Shown: in pieces, positions 62,326 through 64,000 of the stretch
How positions within the stretch are numbered: the first letter of the stretch is position 1
Layout: each line of letters opens with the position of its first letter
NCBI RefSeq assembly: GCF_035594765.1
Contig: NC_085841.1
Location: 329,725,402-329,789,401, forward strand
Source: Anolis carolinensis
Lineage: Eukaryota
DNA: 64,000 bases
Direction: 5' to 3'
The notes under the pieces: model-generated
Databases searched by the model: none
What the model saw: the letters and a program-made list of their open reading frames with translations, nothing else
What the model was told of the DNA's origin: nothing
Translations under genes and position numbers: made by a program

Positions 62326-64000
62326 CTGCCAATCAATAAGAATTAATCCATAAGAATTAAGAAATATCTTCATTTGAGACATGACAACAATGTCATATCA
62401 TGAAAGAAAGGAGCCAGAGACAAAATTCAATGTCTATTTACCTGGTCTCCAGAAGTCAATGGGATCTTTGCTGTCGTGTGCCTTCAAGCAGATTCTGCCT
62501 TATGGTGACTTCAGCCAACTTCGGCCCTCCAGGTGTGTTGGACTTCAACTCTCACAATCTCTAATAGCCTATTGACTGTTAGGAATTGTGGGAGTTGAAG
62601 TCCCAAACACCTGGAGGGGTGAAGTTTGCTCATGCTTGCACTAAGGTGAACCTAACACTGGGTTTTCTTTGCAAAATTTGTTAAGAGAGGAGTTGCCTTT
62701 GATTTCCTCTTAGGCTGAGGAAGCATGACTTGTCCAAGTTCACCCTGTGGGTTTCCATGGCCAAGCAGGGATTTGAACTCTTGTCGCCCAGTGTCCTAGT
62801 CCAGCACCCAAATCACTACACCATGATAACCTGTTCCTAGATCTAACTTCAACCCTACCTTTGCTATGGCACTATTTACCTAGATGCACATTTCATTTTC
62901 CTGCTCCATTCTGTCATCTCAGTGATGTATTTATGCCTAAAGGTAAAGGTAAAGGTTTTCCCCTGACGTTAAGTCCAGTCGTGACCAACTCTGGGGGTTG
63001 GTGCTCATCTCCATTTCCAAGCCAAAGAGCCAGCGTTGTCCATAGACACCTCCAAGGTCATGTAGCTGGCATGACTGCATAGAGCACCGTTACCTTCCCT
63101 CCGGATCAGTACCTATTGATCTACTCACATTGGCATGTTTTCGAACTGCTAGGTTGGCAGGAGCTGGGGCTAACAGCGGGTGCTCATTCCGCTCCCGGGA
63201 TTTGAACCTGGCACCTTTTGGTCCGCAAGTTCAGCAGCTCAGCGCTTTAACGCACTGTGCCACCAGGGGCTTAATAACATTGAAATCCACATCTTTCACC
63301 CAAAAAAGTTAGAGCCATGTCATTCCAGAAGTTTGATGGGACTTTTAATTATGTATCTCATGCAAGTCTGGATTGAGGTAGTTGCAGCCCTGGAACAGTT
63401 CTCAAAATACCTTCCTTTCTGGATCACATATGCAAGCTATTTTACCAGCATTAGACCAGAAATGAGATAGTAGCCTAAACATCAATACAAAAAAAAATCT
63501 TCATTTGAAAATGCACTTCTCTACAAATAAAGACACAGCAGAGAACTTCCTTTGTAATGTTCAAGTTAGTTCTCTGTTCTCATTTATGCAAAACTGAACT
63601 CAATCCAAGTACAGAATAGGGAACTAAAGACCTTAATCAGTATTTACCATTAGTCCCAATTACAGAAGACTTACTGAGTCAATGCAACCTACATATGTTT
63701 TGATTTACCAAGCTCCCATTAATTTTGGAGAGTCTAGTTCTATTGAGGATTAGCCTAATGCAATAAATTGAGGTGAGTAGGGAGCAACATAGTTTCCTGA
63801 GGCAATAGATTTCGGTGTCTGAAGGGGTGAGAATTCTCAGCTATTAACTTTGTTATTTTTACTATAAGTAATGTGGGGTTATGAAATATTCTGTCTCAAT
63901 GGCGAAAATAACCTCACTAGCCTTGGGCACAAGACAATGTGATGGGTGGAAGAAAGAAAGCATCTTATCCTGCTCTGCCTCCGACAGCAAAATGTCATAG

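Overview
Vertebrate genomic DNA, almost certainly a squamate reptile of the anole type, judged from Sauria-SINE-like, Penelope, CR1, SPIN/URR1-like hAT and Tc1/mariner repeats. Three protein-coding genes match the human 14q24.3 order: PROX2 (- strand, 4 coding exons, with a U12-type AT-AC intron), DLST (+, complete, 15 exons, 458 aa) and the last 8 exons of the pseudokinase RPS6KL1 (-). The most unusual part is 4.3-16.6 kb. Two convergent U1 snRNA genes (bodies mostly hidden by N runs) each carry a full snRNA promoter (octamer/SPH/GC-box DSE, PSE, 3' box) and a CTCF-consensus motif, and they form an inverted duplication. Between them lies an apparently intact ~7.1-kb CR1 LINE. This CR1 has ~9.9 apparently identical 267-bp 5' monomers, a leader with no upstream AUG, and a canonical U_UUA_AAC slippery site at the ORF1 stop that leads into ORF2 in the -1 frame. 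Penelope fragments carry minimal hammerhead-ribozyme motifs. All coordinates were read by eye, and repeat family names come from recalled consensus features, not database searches.
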